A stretch of DNA of 64,000 nt from Glaucostegus cemiculus. Taxonomy: Eukaryota. Shown one piece after another: positions 25,401-40,400 of this stretch. A model generated the notes under the pieces. That model was not told where the DNA came from. It did no database searches and saw nothing but the letters and a program-made list of their open reading frames with translations. Each line of letters opens with the position of its first letter. Within the stretch, counting starts at the first letter, position 1. Location of the stretch: assembly GCA_976551045.1 (NCBI GenBank), contig CDPCPM010000043.1:2976001-3040000 (forward strand), written 5' to 3'. Made by a program: the position numbers and the translations under genes.

Positions 25401-28400
25401 CTTACTGTTCGACAAAATGCACAGAATGACATATTCACTATATTTAAAGCTGAATGTTTATTTATGATCTGAACATGTGTATCTAAAGTCCCAGTTCTAA
25501 TGACGGTTGCATACCCAAAATGTTAACTGTTTCTCCTTCCACAGTTGCTGCCTGACTTATGGAGTGTTTCTAGCATTTTCTATTTTCATTTCTCAATTTA
25601 TGCCTAAAAATTATATCTCTTAGTGCTCTGTATTTCAAGTGCCTTGTGACCCGAATTGCAAATACTTCAGAATAAAATGTGACAACCATCACATCAGGGT
25701 CATTTAACATCACTTTGGAAATTAGACCAGCTGCTTCCTCGCTTGCATTCAACCAGATACCTTATGACAAATTCTGCAGTGGACATGTTTCAAATGAGAT
25801 TTTTTTCCAGTGCAACACATCAAAGGGAAAATTAGTCTAATTTGTTCCAAACAGTAAGTCTTTCAGTCTTCATCCTTCAGCCTCCTCCCCCTCCCAGCAT
25901 GACACTAATCCCATCACCAACACCCAGTGATCTCCTTCCTTCCACTTTATGGTCCAGGTCCCAACTTCTAACCTCCACCTGCCCACCAATTCCCCCAAAG
26001 CCACTGATGGAGGCTCTGAAGTCTACCTGCATTTCCACTCCTTTGGCTATTTATTTGATCAACAACACATCTCTCCCCCACCTTATTTAGCTACTTACCC
26101 AACTTCCAACCATCCCCAACCTGGGCCAGCTTACTGGTTCACTGACATCTCCCTGCCCCAGTTAATGCACATCAGAGAAAAAGTCTAATGCCTGTTCAGG
26201 GACATCCAAGGCACTGGGTGCTGATGAAGTTTGCAACAGTTGGTCCATAACAGTAATGACTGTCAAGGCCCCACTGCTGTCAGCACACCATTAGGCTGCA
26301 TGGAATTTCCAGAAACAGTGAGAGGATGAATACAAAGATAGATGAAATCTCTCATCCAATAGAATAATTTGTTCAAGATTGTATGTCATTTTTCTCACCT
26401 AATTTTCTAAAGATTATTTATAAGCTATTACAGTGATGTCACAGAAAGGGAAGATTTGTTTTTCAAGGATGTGGTTAATTCCTTTATTTGTGAATCAGAG
26501 GGTGGACATTCATTATAAAACTAGTACTGTGTGCACCACACAGCTCAGCACTGCACATAGTATTTGCACAATGTGGATGCCAATAGAATAGAATTAAAAA
26601 TCATCTGGGAAAGATGAGGGAATTACGTTCAAGTATTTGGAATATCTCAAATCACAGCATATGATTTTGTTATGGGTACAGTCGGGACTTTTACCATGTT
26701 GGCTGCTGAATTCACATAACATTCTGATGGCAAGATACCCATCTGTTGATCACAAGCTTCTCATAGAGTGTCACTTACCTTGGATCCTTACTATACTCCA
26801 ACAATACAGGCTGGAAATTCCCACAGGAATCAGCTTCACAACCAATTACAATCTGAAAGACATTACAGAAGATAAACTCCAACAAAGATCTGGTCAATGA
26901 ATCATCCAGCTAAAGAACAGAACATTTCTTTGTCCCTTGTTTTAGCATTGGCTCTTGGATGACCCATTTTGATGTGTTAGATTCAGTACAATGGTGAGGC
27001 AAGGTGGGATAGATCCAGGGACAAAATAAGTTCAATGCAGTGAAGAAGCTCTTTGCAGAACATGTAGTATTAAATAAGCAACAGGAGAAAAGAGAATGAA
27101 AGAGAATACAAGAATGAATAAATTATAAAAGAACCATAGAACCATACAGCACAAAACAGGCCCTTCGGCCCACCAAGTTGTGCCATCCTTCAAACATCTC
27201 ACAACTTAACTCTTTCCTCCCACATATCCTACTATTCCACATTCTTCCATGTGCCTATCTAAAAATGTCTTGAACCTGTCCATCGTATCTGCCTCTACTA
27301 CCACCCCAGGCAGCGCATTCCATGTGCCAACCACTCTCTGGGTGAAAAACTTCCATCTGACATCTCCCCTAAACTTTCCACCCAATTCAAAGTTAAAAAA
27401 TTACAGAAGAAAACTTAATGTGGAGAATTATTGACTTTCAGTTCAGGGAGTTTCTGCTTACTGGTTCAACAGTTTTGGCAGGAAATCAACAGAATCCTGT
27501 AATTTAGGCTCAGACCTTTGACACATTGGCAAATGAAGACTGGCATGCCCTGAATACACTTGAAAGATGGTGGGGTGGGGTGGAGTGGAGGGGGAGCTTG
27601 ACTTGAATAATGCATTTCAAAGCCATCTTTTAAAGCTCACTGTCATAGTTACTCACAATCTCCCGCACATTCAAGTCAAAGATCTCATGCACTCACTTAT
27701 ACCTTGCCTTGTCTTGCCCTCTTACAGTAATCCTTTCCCATTAGACACATTACTTGGTCCCTTGATAGCCTCTCAGCCAGCACCCAGCACTCAATCATTC
27801 CTTCCATCCCAGGCTGCCTTCCTTTCTTCAGTTTCCTTCAAAATTATTGGTATTGGTTTATTATTGTTGCTTGTGCTGCGGTACAATGAAAAACTTGTCT
27901 TGCATACCAATCGTACAGGCCAATTCATTACACAGTGCAATTACATTGAGTTAGTACAGAGTCCATTGATGTAGTACAGGTAAAAACAATAACATTAGAA
28001 TAAAGTGTCACAGCTACAGAGACAGTGCAGTGCAATGAGGTGCAAGGTCACAACAAGGTAGATCATGAGGTCATAGTCCATCTCATTGTATAATTACTAT
28101 CATTAACAACCTACCCTCCTCACTTGCCACCTTGAATCAGTTATCTCTAACTGCCATTCCATCTTTGAACCCTCTGGTGCTGAAGTGCAACATTGTAAGT
28201 AGTAATTTTTATGTCTGTACTGCTTCCACAAAACAACAAATCTTATGACATATGTCAGCGATAGTAAACCTGATTTTGATCTCAAGGAATCATCCCAAAG
28301 GCAGGTTTTATGCCATTACTGGGTTAAATGCTGAAACTAGCAGCCAATTAATTCAAAATTATGCAAACAAGCCGGTTTGCTCCACTTCCTTTCATGTGGT

Positions 28401-31400
28401 GATTTCTTTCATATCACTTCCCACTTAACTCGCCTATCGTCAATTACAAAGCGCCCAACATCTAAAGAGAAAATGAACATTTGTATACGTAAACACTCAA
28501 CTAACGCTCATTCATAAATAGTGGAGGAACCAGTAGATTTCTAGTCCTTAAGAAAAGGGTGTCACAGCAAAGGTTGGATTGGAAGAAAATTATCGTTATA
28601 TTTCATGACCTGAAAACAAGTTATGCTGCCCAGAGAACATCCAGAGAGAGAATGGAGACGCAAAAGATTCTGTAGATGTTGTTATTTCCCTCCATAGATG
28701 CTGCCTGACCTGCTGAGTTCTTCCAGCAATCTGTGTGTGTTGAGAGAGAGAGAATGGATTCATGGGAGGGGTGGGGGTAGGGGGAAGGGAAGGATGAGGG
28801 TGAGGATAAGGGAGAAGCAGAGGGATGGGGAAAGGTAGGGGGGAGACGGGAGAGCAGGAGGTGGGGATAGGGTGATTATTAAATGACCCAAATAGAATCT
28901 CACTCTGAATTGCAGAACATATCCTGGTGCTACAATAAGTTCCCGCGAAGCCAGGAAATTGTGCGTCTTGTCTTTCTTCTTATTAGGCCAATAGAGATGG
29001 AATGAGGGATTACCACAGAAACCGGCTGTACGGACTGCATTAGGGTAGAAAATCCAGTTTCCATCATGGTTAACACCTTCTGTAGGAGAAAAATACATTC
29101 CTTAGGAACAGATTTACAAGATCAATCTATATTTCACTGTCTAAAAGCACAGTTTAAAGCCGAGGCTCAATTATTATGCTAACACAAAGGAGGTCTGTGG
29201 TGCATCTTAGTTCACATGAATGCTTATTCATGGCTGTCTGCTCAGATTTAGCATTTTCGGGTGAGCCAGCCTGATGGGAGCAAGGAAAACCTCCTCAAGT
29301 TTAAAGGGAAACTTGGTGCCTTTGATTGATTTTGTCCATAAGTCAGAAAAATACACAAAGTCACTCAATACAGAAACTGTACCTCCACAGTGTCGTAATG
29401 AATGGTGTTCATGAGGGCCAGTTATCATGAACATTTATTTATCATTTTCCCCTCATTAATTACAATGGTACAAAATCAGGATGACCCATGCTCAATGGCT
29501 GGTTTCAATGAGCTTGAAGATTCAGTGCATGTTACATTATTTAATAGAGTATTGTCACATAAGTGTCAAAGTGGCCTCCCATGGTGAAAGTGGCAGCGTG
29601 TTTTCTTAAGAAACAATGGCATCTGATTACTGCAGGGAGGTTACAGGTAAACAAGTTTTTTTTCAAGACTGGTTCTCGTTTGAATTTAATAATATTTACG
29701 GGAGCTCGCTTGTATGGATTGGTGTCCATAAGTCAGGCACTTGTAACCTGGGGAGGGCCAGCATATGTCTAAAATAATTGTTAGCTTTTTTCAAGGCTTG
29801 GTATGTATATTAAGGAAAAGAAAGACAAGCCTAACGCAAAGACATACAGCAGTTACAATGGGTGAATAGTAAGTGAAGCAATGAAGAATAAAGAAACAAT
29901 AAAGATTTTTAAAAAATGAAATAAAAATTAAATAGGATATAAACAATAAAGAAACAATAAGGTAAGGTACCTTTATTAGTTACATGTACGTTGAAACACA
30001 CAGTGACAATGAAGCAGTGAAGCAATAATTTGAAGGCTGGCTCAGGGGGTAACATTTAAAGGAGAGATGATGAAGAAGATGATGTTCACTTTAAGGAAAC
30101 TGGGATGTCACACCATCTATCAAAACAATCTATTAGCTATATGATCAATAATGAATGTTACAACCTGTTCTACATTTATTGTGCTCCCCATTTGCTAGCC
30201 TTCACATAAAACTACAGTTTTTTCTTTGCATCACATTACATCCATTCCTCGATGTACAGCACATACTTACGAAAGAAAATACAATTGAAATTTTCACCAC
30301 ATTCACCTCTCCCAAGGGCACGACCCATCACTGCTGTCACTCTAACACAACCTAGTCACATGATGATGCCTGGCTGCTTACTGACACCAGGCTGACTTGT
30401 AAACTGGACAGATGTTTGTCACTGAGCACGTGTTGCTTCTACTTCAATACATTGAGATATTTTTGCCTTATGCAACAATGTGGAATGTCCAATACATAAC
30501 CCCTGGTCTCTCTGTTGAATGATTAGTGAAAGCATATAATTTGTTGCGTGAACCAAAGGTTGTACTGGACACACACGTGGCCACTGTCTGCTCAGGCCAG
30601 ATTATCACAAGTGAAGGTGGAGCTGCCTTTGTGCAGTCTTGTTAAACGACACCTTATTCTCCAGCTCCCAGGAGTTCCAAGGGAAATGCTGACATTTGGG
30701 ATTTGGATGGTGGAAAAGAGAGGTAGTTAAGGTCCTTAACAAGGTAGGGGAGTTAAACGGAAAGAAACCAAAAATACTCAAGTCTGAAAAGCAAAAGAAA
30801 ACACAAGAAACAAAAGCCATTCCCCAAAACATACAAAGTCAGCCGGCAAAACTACATCTGAAAGTTCAGAAAATAAGATTTCATATAAAGTTTATCTGGA
30901 ACAAAAAATGTACATTAGACGGCAGGGAAGTCCTCCCTGCATTTGAATGACATATAAGCATGTACTGAGTTTGTGCCAGACATCAGCTACAGCACTGGAT
31001 GACCATCATGGAGACACTTGTACTCTGCAGCTCCAGTGCTGATTAGGTATCGAGCCTAATTATGGGTTTTGAAACATTTCTGTGGCAGATTGATGACCTT
31101 TGTGACTGTCACTGGGCACTGCAAAATATCCTCTGTATATTTTTAATTATCCATCAAGTCACAATTAAATTCTTCCATTCATAACTTTCAGTTACAAATG
31201 GTGCCATTAACCAGCCTAACGTTTCCATCTTACCATCGTCGAAAGAATCCATTAGTTGACTTGGGTTGATCTCAGATCCTCCAATCAGGATGTTGTCCAG
31301 TGCCCACTGAGCACGGTCTGAGCTTGCCACCATCAGACCATTGAGAACAACGAAGGGTTGCCACCACCGCAGGCGGGTCGTGTTGGTGTGGGCATCCTCT

Positions 31401-34400
31401 GGGAGCAGGACATAATCCTGACGCACAGAAATATATTTCTGGTAATCCATTTCATGCAGCAGGTTCCAGGTAATTCCTAAAGCACATCACAACGATGAAC
31501 AGAAACAGAAGGTATCATTTCGATGGAAAGGAAGTTGAAAAGGTTCTCTCTTAAATGAAGTTCAACATGTCAGTGGTTTCAATCAATGCTGCTCTCTGAT
31601 AAAGACCAATGCTGATGGGTTTCTATAGAAATTTACAGTATACAAGTAGCCAGTCATCACACCAGATTATGCTTGTCATAGAGCTAGACAGCAAAGAAAC
31701 AGGCTCTTTAGAACACCGTGTCTATGCTGACCTTCATGTCTATCTATATTAATCCCATCTGCCTATGTTAATTCCATGTCCATCCATACCTTGTTCTTTC
31801 AAGTACCTGTCCAGATAGCTCTTAAATGAAGGGTCTCGAGCAGTTTGTTTTATGCTCCTGATTCCAGCATCTGCAGTCACGTCTCCTGATAAATGTTGTT
31901 ACTGTTCCTGCCTCCAGCACCTCCTCTGACAGCTCATTCCAGATACTCACTACACTTTGTGTGAAAAATTCACCTGTCAGCATCACCACACAAGCTTTCT
32001 TCCATATTAAGCCCTCTTTCCTACTAACATGCCTTTCATTTCTTCTTTTCCTCGTGTAATTATCCACGCAATTTTATGAGTTGTCTTCCTCTAAATTCTC
32101 ATTGACCAGCCAGAGGAAAGTTACTCATTCTGACTCCTTGTCTCCAAGTATGCTAATGAAGTGATGCAAATGTGACACATCTAAGTGAGTTACTACCTTT
32201 GGATGAGTTAACCTTTCTCCTTCCAAAGCCTCAGTGATTAATATTTGGACATGATGAAGAAATACTGCAGATCATTATATAATTAGTAAGGCAGGGAATA
32301 AACCTCACCTCCATCAGTTGAATAGTCCAACAAAACGCCCTCCTTCCGACAGATGGGTTGGTGACATGTCGTCATGTTGTTCTCACTACCAATTCTGGCC
32401 CAATACTGCACAAATCTAGCAAAACAAAAGATCAGTATTCAGTTGTAAACTTAATTCATTATGTAATTAGAAACAGTAGGGAAGTATCTATTGACAACAA
32501 ACAAGAACTGATTACTAGGAGACTGTTTCATTAGAAAAGATATTTACTATTTACCCTCAGGTGCTACATCTCAAACAGCACATTATTGGAATATTTCACT
32601 GCTTTCTCAAAAATGGGTCTCCTATTTGTGATTTTGCATGCCATGAATGCTATCTGACCCATTAAGCTACGGAATATGGTTTTGCCACTTGGCTTGAACT
32701 CTGCTTGCAATTCCCATTCCTGACCTTCAAGTAAAATGTAATCAAGCACATTTACAGATATTTGTCAGGCTTGTGCACCAATTAAGGTGGACAAGATGGA
32801 ACATGCTGGAGGCCCAAGTTCTGATTCATGGACAGAATGCAGCATGGCCTCAAGAAATTCTCTCCCACCGCATGGAAACACAATTCAAGGCCATTACAGG
32901 CCATGTAGAGAGCCTTCAGAGAGCCCGGACACAGAATCATTTGCAAGCCAGGAGATGGGTGACTTACAACTGGGCATGGACATGTAGCCACAGTGCGAAG
33001 GTTTGATCCCCATGCATCAGGCTTGTCTCCTACACCTCTGCAAAACACTTTATCACATTTCCTTCTACCTCTCAAGATCATGGATAACCTTCAACCTCCT
33101 GGAAAGGTATAACCGTGCAGAAATGGGTCTGTTCAAAACAGTAGTGATTAAAAGTGCCCAGAATCATGGAGTCTTCTAGGACTCACCCCTAGGCTGGAGG
33201 TCTCTATGATCCCAAATTCTGCCCACAATCCCACTGATCCCACAATCTGAGTTCCTTTCCTGATTTTCCACTGAATCCTCTTGCCTAGTAACTATATTTT
33301 TCCTGCTGTTCAAGTTGCTGGACAGTAAAAGACTGGAGTTTCAGGAATTCTAATCGGGAAGCAGCTTCATCAGTCCCCAGATCTTGGTCACATCATGGTC
33401 CTTATGTAGGCTGGATGAAAGCTCCCTCCCTGTGAGAACTCACCAGAAACCTATGTGGGATCGTTGGTTTTGGGTGGAGGTTTGACAGTTCTGGGTTGTG
33501 TCCAAATTTCTGCCCATCCCAAACCCTTTGCATCTAATTTACCTTCCCATCCCTACAAACCTCCCTCAAATCTTAATAAAATTTCAAAAGCAAATAAAAC
33601 TGCAGACACTGGAATCATGCATGGACAAGTGTGTACCCACGTAAACATTCCGAGTCTTCCCCATCCAGAAGCCTTGAATGAACCAGGAGATTCGTAATCT
33701 GCTGAGGGCTCGATCTGTGGCATTCAGGGCTGGTGACCCAGAGTCATATAAGAAGTCCAGGTACGACCTCTGGAAGGCCATTGCAAGCGCAAAGAGGCAA
33801 CTTCAGACTAAACTGGAATCACAGGTGGACGCTTGACAACTGTGGCAGGGCTTGCACAATATAACTTCATACAAGGTGAGATCGGGTAGCATAAGTGGCA
33901 ACGATCCATCACTGCCATATGAGCTTAATGCCTTTTATAGGGAGAACTATGACACACCCATGTGTGCCCCCACATCTCCAGATGACCCTGTTATTTCAGT
34001 CTCAGAGGCTGACATCCGGGCATCCTTCAAGAGGGTGAATCTACGGAAGGCGTCTGGTCCAGACGGCATACCTGGCCAAGTACTAAAGATCTGTGCAGAC
34101 CAAATGCCTGGAGTATTTATAGACATATCTAACCTCTTGCTTCTGCGGCCTGAGGTTCCCACTTGCTTCAAAAAGGCATCTATTGTACCAATGCCCAAGA
34201 AGAGGGTGATGACCTGTCTCAATGACTACTGTCCAATCGTGGCTACATCAACTGTAGTGAAGGGCTTCGAGAGGTTGGTTATGGTGTGAATCAACTCCTG
34301 CCTCAGAGGTGACCTGGATCCACTCCAGTCTGTCTACCGCCACAAAAGGTCAGCAGCAGATGCAGTTTCTCTGGCTCTTCACTCTGCTCTGGACCATCTG

Positions 34401-37400
34401 GACAACAGGAACTCAAACGTCAGGCTGCTGTTCATCGACTGCAGCTCGATGTTCAACACAATAACTTCATCCAAACTCATCGTCAAGCTTCAAGACCTGG
34501 CCCTCTGTACTTGTCCTTTTGCAACTGGATCCTCAACTTGGCATTTTTTCCTCTCATTGGCAGACCTCAATCAGTGAGGATTGGTAACAAAATCTCCTCC
34601 TCAATGATCATCAACACAGGTGAATCTCAAGGCTGCATGCTTAGCCCCCTGCTCTGCTCTCTATGCACACGTGACTGTATGGCTAAGCACAGCTCCAATG
34701 CCATTTTTTTTATGGGACAAGCACCTGAGGAGGACAGTATCTCGCTCCTATGCATACTATGTATGTATATGGTTGTGACAATAAAACTGATTCTGATTCT
34801 GTTGTTGGATGAATCACAGGTGGTGATGTGCCAGCTTACCAGAGGGAGAGAGGACACCTGGTTGAGTGGTGCAACCTCTCGCTTGGTGTCAGCAAAACTG
34901 AAGAGTTGATTGCTGACTTCAGGAAGGGGAAGAAGGGCGAACATGTGCCAGTCTACATTGGGGGATCAGCAACGGAGAGAGCTGGCAGCTTTAAATTGCT
35001 GGATATTAACATATCAGATGACCTGTCCTGGGCCCAACACATAGATGTAATCATAAGGAAAGCGGAGGTTCAGCTTGTCACTGAACAGTCTAACAAACTT
35101 CTGTAAATGTGCTGTTGAAGGTATCCTGACTGGTTGCATCATGGTTTGGTGAGGCAATTCAAATGCACAGGAACGCAAGAAGCTGCAGACTCTGCCCAAT
35201 ACATCACAGGTACATCCCTCCCCACCATCAGCAGTATCTACAGGAGGCACTGCCTCAAAAAGGCAACATCTATCATCAAAGATTCCCACCACCCGGGCCA
35301 TGCCATCTTCTCACAGTTACCGTTGTTCAGGAGGCATGGGAGCCTGAAGTCCCACATCACCTCAGCAAGTTCAAAAACAGCTACTTTCCTTCAACCATTT
35401 GGTTCTTGAACCAACCAGCAAAATCCTAATCACCACTACAGTTTAGCAGCACTATGACCACTCTGATCACTTTGCACCAAGATGGACTTCTTTTAGTTCT
35501 ATTTGTAATTTTTCTTGTAAAAATTGTGTAATTTATGTTTAATTTATGTTTTTCTTGTGAGTGCTGCTTACATAATGCTATGTGCCTGTGATTCTGCTAC
35601 AAGTCAGTTTTTCATTACACCTGTTCATACATGTACTTGTGCATATGACAATAAATTCAGTTTTGACTTTGATCTGAAATAAAATGAGAAATGCTGGGCA
35701 CAGGTGCAATGAAAAACTCACTTCCAGCAGCATCACAGTCACATAGTATGAGATACACAACATTGACAAGAAAAACATAAAATCATACATAATTAAATAA
35801 GAAAGAACACAATTAGAACAAGAAAAGTAGAAAGTCCATTGTAGTGCAAAGTGGTCAAAGTTTTGCTGCACTGAGGTAGTGATCAGGGTTCAAGAACCAA
35901 ACGGTCGAAGGAAAGTAGCTGTTCTTGAACCTGTTGGTGTGAGACTTCAAGCTTCTGTACCTCCTGCCTGATGGTAGCTGCAAGAAGATAGCATGGTGCG
36001 GATCTTTGATGATAGATGTTGCCTTCTAGAGGCAGTGCCTCATCTAGATACCTTTAATGATTGGGAGTAGTGTGCAATTGATGTACTGGGCTCAGTCCAC
36101 AACTCTCTGCAGCTTCTTATGTTCCTGTGCATTTCAATCCCCATACCAGAACAGGATGCAACCAGTCAGGATACTTTCACCAGTACATCTGTGTAAGTTT
36201 GTTAGAGGGTTCAGTGAACTAGGAGAAAGAATGGAGGGTTTCAATTTTCAAAGCAGAGCTGGGGGGAGGAGTGAGGTGCAAGATAGGTAAGATGCATCAG
36301 GTTGTACGGTGCATGAGTACTGACCTGTTGCAAGGCATTTAAAAAAACGGGGTGAGAAAGGGACTTAAGTGTGGCAATGGGAAACAATGACAGAGCAGTT
36401 TATCTGAAGTTTTAAAATTCAGTGTTCATTCCAGGAGTCTGCAGAGTGCCCATCTGTGGAGAAGCTGCCGACAGACAGGTGGGAAAGGTAGTGGAATTGA
36501 GACTTAAAGCAACATGCAGTGGGAAGCAGGAATGAGCTCAGGTACTTCCCAAAGCGACACCTGATCTGTGTTTGATTTCTTCCAGGTAGAGGAGATAACA
36601 TTTTGAACATACCAGAGGACATGCCTTGAAGGTGAGGGGGGCAGCGGGGGTGGCGGGGGGGTGTTTAAAGGAGATGAGTAGGGCAATGCCATTTTTAAAA
36701 AAAAGAGAGTGGGAGGTGCCTGGAATGGGCTGCCAGGGCTGGTGGTGTAAACCGATATGTTAGTGACGTTTAAGAGGCTGTTACATAGACATATGAATAT
36801 GCAGGAATGGAGGGATATGCATCAGGTACAGACAGACGAGATTTAGTTTAATTCGGCGTCGTGTTTGTTGAAGATATCGCTGGGATGAAGGGCTGTTCCT
36901 CTGCTGTACTGTTCTATGTTCTACGAATGTAGTAGACTAGCTGCTTCACTGGAAAGATTGTTTCGGCCCCTGGGTGGTGGGAAGGGAAGAGGTGAATGAG
37001 TAGGTGCTGAATCTCCTCTGGTGGCATGGGAAGGGACTGAAACAGTGGAAGCAATTAGTTCACATTGGATTGTGTCACTTCAGTCGAGAATGATGACATT
37101 TTTCCTCTTTTCTCTGAGTTTTTTTCATTATTTCTTTCCCTTAAATGGTTTAGGATAAATTTTAAGGATGTTAGCCCTGGTAATTGGAATATTTTCTACT
37201 TCAGATACAGAAGGGCTTGGACCAAGTGCTGGCAAATGGGATGAATAAAGATGGGTTCTTGGTGGTCAGCATGGATAGAGTGGGCCAAAGGGCCAGCTTC
37301 TCTGCTGTATGATTCTATGACCTTAAAATGTACATTTTCCTTATTTTCACTTGAGTGCTAATAACTATATTAACTGGGAGAATACAACAGCTGCCACACT

Positions 37401-40400
37401 CAGGGTATTTTGTTGTAGTTTGTCCTGAAGAAGACATGGAAGTTTCTATAAAAGTGCAAGTCTTTTTCAAAGCAAACATCCAATATATTGCACTGTCAAA
37501 ATAGATGTTGCAGTTTATTTCCTCACCATAGATTTAAAATCTTGCCCCATTTTCCAGCCTAGATAATAATCTCCAAACAATGGGTAAGGAAATCAGCCAT
37601 TGTCAGGAACAGTTCAAACAGAGATGATGTTCCCTTTAATTTGCCAAATAAAATGTCTCACTTTTAACCTCACACAACTATTTTTACAACAAGGTGACAT
37701 TTCTCATTTTTCCAATTTTTTGACCCCTTGAAGCCAGATTGCCAGTGAGGTACCAAAATCAGCAACAATTTTTGACATTAGTAAGTGAAAACCAACAATT
37801 CACAACCAAAAGCCCTATTAATACAGTTTTGATTTGCCCTTTATGAAACAGTGTTTTGTGTAAAAAGAGTGTCAAACTCACTTTGTACCCCTGAGATCAA
37901 GGTCCTGGGTTATTGCCTGTCTCATGCCCACTCCACTGAAATAGAGGGGTAAATCTTCCACCAGAACACCACAGTCTGTGCATGCCTTTCCACCATCCAG
38001 AGAAATCCACGTGTCTGATTTCATGTCATCAACCTCAAAACGTTCTTTCAATGAAGTCTGTAACACATAAAATGGGCATTTACTAGATTGGAGAGACCAT
38101 GGCAATATTTCTATTTTCATCTGGAGCTAACATCCAAATGTTTAAGCTGTTCTCATATCACCTCCATTTCTCTAGCCTTCAGGTTACAAAACAGTTAAGT
38201 TGAGAGAGGTGATTTGCTGTGGAATAAGAGACAAATATCATGGTTGAACTCCACAATTTAGAGACTTCTGGAGCTCCAAGTTTTCCTTCATATCAGGCTG
38301 CAGGTTTGCCTCATTTCTCAAATGTTGCCATTCAACAATGTGGTCAAATGTAACATTATATGTTGTTAGTGGACTGATTTTTATCACAAAATCAAACTGG
38401 AAGAAGTTTGTTAAGTGTGCTTCACAGTCCCACATTTACATGCACCTTGGTGAGAAGCTGCAGTAATTACAGCTAAATATAAACATTAATTAGGCATATT
38501 GGCTGCTTGTTTTACTGTAGCCGCCACACTGGGGGTATTTCGTTGTGGGACGTCCTGAAGAGGACACGAAAATTCCTGTAGAAATACATGTCTTTTTCTA
38601 ACCAAACACTGACATATTGCATTATCAAAATGACATATTGCATTATCAAAACAGATGTTACTTTTTTTTCCTTCCCAACACTCAATTCTTATTGCATATT
38701 GAAAGCATTTCAGTATCTTGACATTTGATCTGTGTGAGCTTCAACCCTGGTTGTTCTTTATGACTGCAACTCAAGCCCATTCTCAACCAATGCACTACAC
38801 TTCCCAACAGAGGTTACTGGGTAGCAATCAGATGTGGGAAGGTTAGCCCAGGGGCCACGGACACCTTTTAACCTCAAATGCTGATTTGCTTAAGATCAAC
38901 TAACATTGCTGAAATAGGGAAATTAAATTTAATACCACCTGGCTTGTGCATTCTAATACTGTGTGATAAGTTGTAGGCACAGGAGGAGGCCATTCAGCCT
39001 TTGAATTCATGGCTGAGCCAACATTTCTCAAGTCCACTTTCCTGCCCTTTCCCCATAACCTTTGATTGCCTAAGACGCCCGATTACAGGAAGGATGCGGT
39101 GCTTTGGAAAGGGTGCAGAAGTTTACAAGGAAGCTGCTTGGATTAGAGGATATGAGCTATAAGGAGAAGTTGGACAAACTTGGGTTGTTTCCTCTGGAGC
39201 GTTGGAGACTAAGGGAAGACCGGCAGAATTAGATAAAGTTATGAGACCCATAGAGGAGGCAGTCAGAATCTTTTTCCCGGGGCAGAAATGTCAAATACTA
39301 GAGGACATGCATTTAAGGTGAGGGGGGGAAAGTTTAAAAGAGATGTGCAAGTCAAGTTTTTGTTTACACAAAGTACATTGGGTGCCTGGAACGGGCTGCC
39401 AGGGTCGTGGTGGAAGTAGATATGATAGTGGTGCTTAAGGGGCTTTTTGATAGACACATGAATATGCAGGGGATGGAGGGATATGAATTATATACAGGCA
39501 AAAGAGATTAAATTTAATTTGGCATTGTGTTTAGTGCAGACATTATGGTACGATGGGTCTGTCCCTGTGCTGTACTGTGCTATGTTCTATGTAACATCTA
39601 AGAAAGACCAGTTATTTTATTCACCTTCATAAGGGGAAAAACAGACCAGCGTTAACAAAAAAGAAAATAATTGCTTATACTAGTTTTTAGCCAGGACAAA
39701 AGGAGTTTTATGCATATAACATTATTCAGATTGCACAATAAGTTAAGAATGACCCACTCAGTATTAATAAAACACAGACTGAAAGTCAGGTTCTGCAGGT
39801 CCACTTTGCTGCTCTTGACCCCTATATAATGCAAGCCTGGATTCAAAGCCCTGTGAAATTTGAAATTAATATTCCATGATCACGTATGATAAGAAACCTC
39901 ATATAATCTAGTAATACCTTTAGAGGGTGACTCAAGTAGCAATTTGACCCAGAGAAGCCAGGGTCACAGAAGCACTGTTTGTTCAGGCAGTCTCCGTGTC
40001 CTCCACAATTATTTGGGCAGGCAGGCCCCACGTAGAAATTATCAATGGCCCACTGAATATCTGAATACTTTTGATAGAATCGGAATCTCACTGGGCTGGA
40101 ATAAAACGGCACATTAGTTTTAATTTCACCTGAAGAATGACAGAATGGCAATGTCACATTTATGAATCAGCCACATGCAGAGAAAAACAAACAAGGTCTT
40201 TTGTTTAAATTTTTGAAAGCAAACTGAAAAAGTGGGTAATATTCTGCAGGTCAGGCAGTTCAGGAGGGGTTCATTAACCTGTAATATAACTGTTTCTTAC
40301 TCCAAAGATGCCAGAGTAAGTCCAGCATGTTTTGCTTTTGTTGTGTACAGACTTCTTAATGTTGCTTCAGTCTCGAGTAATGTGGGTGTGTGGTGAGGTG

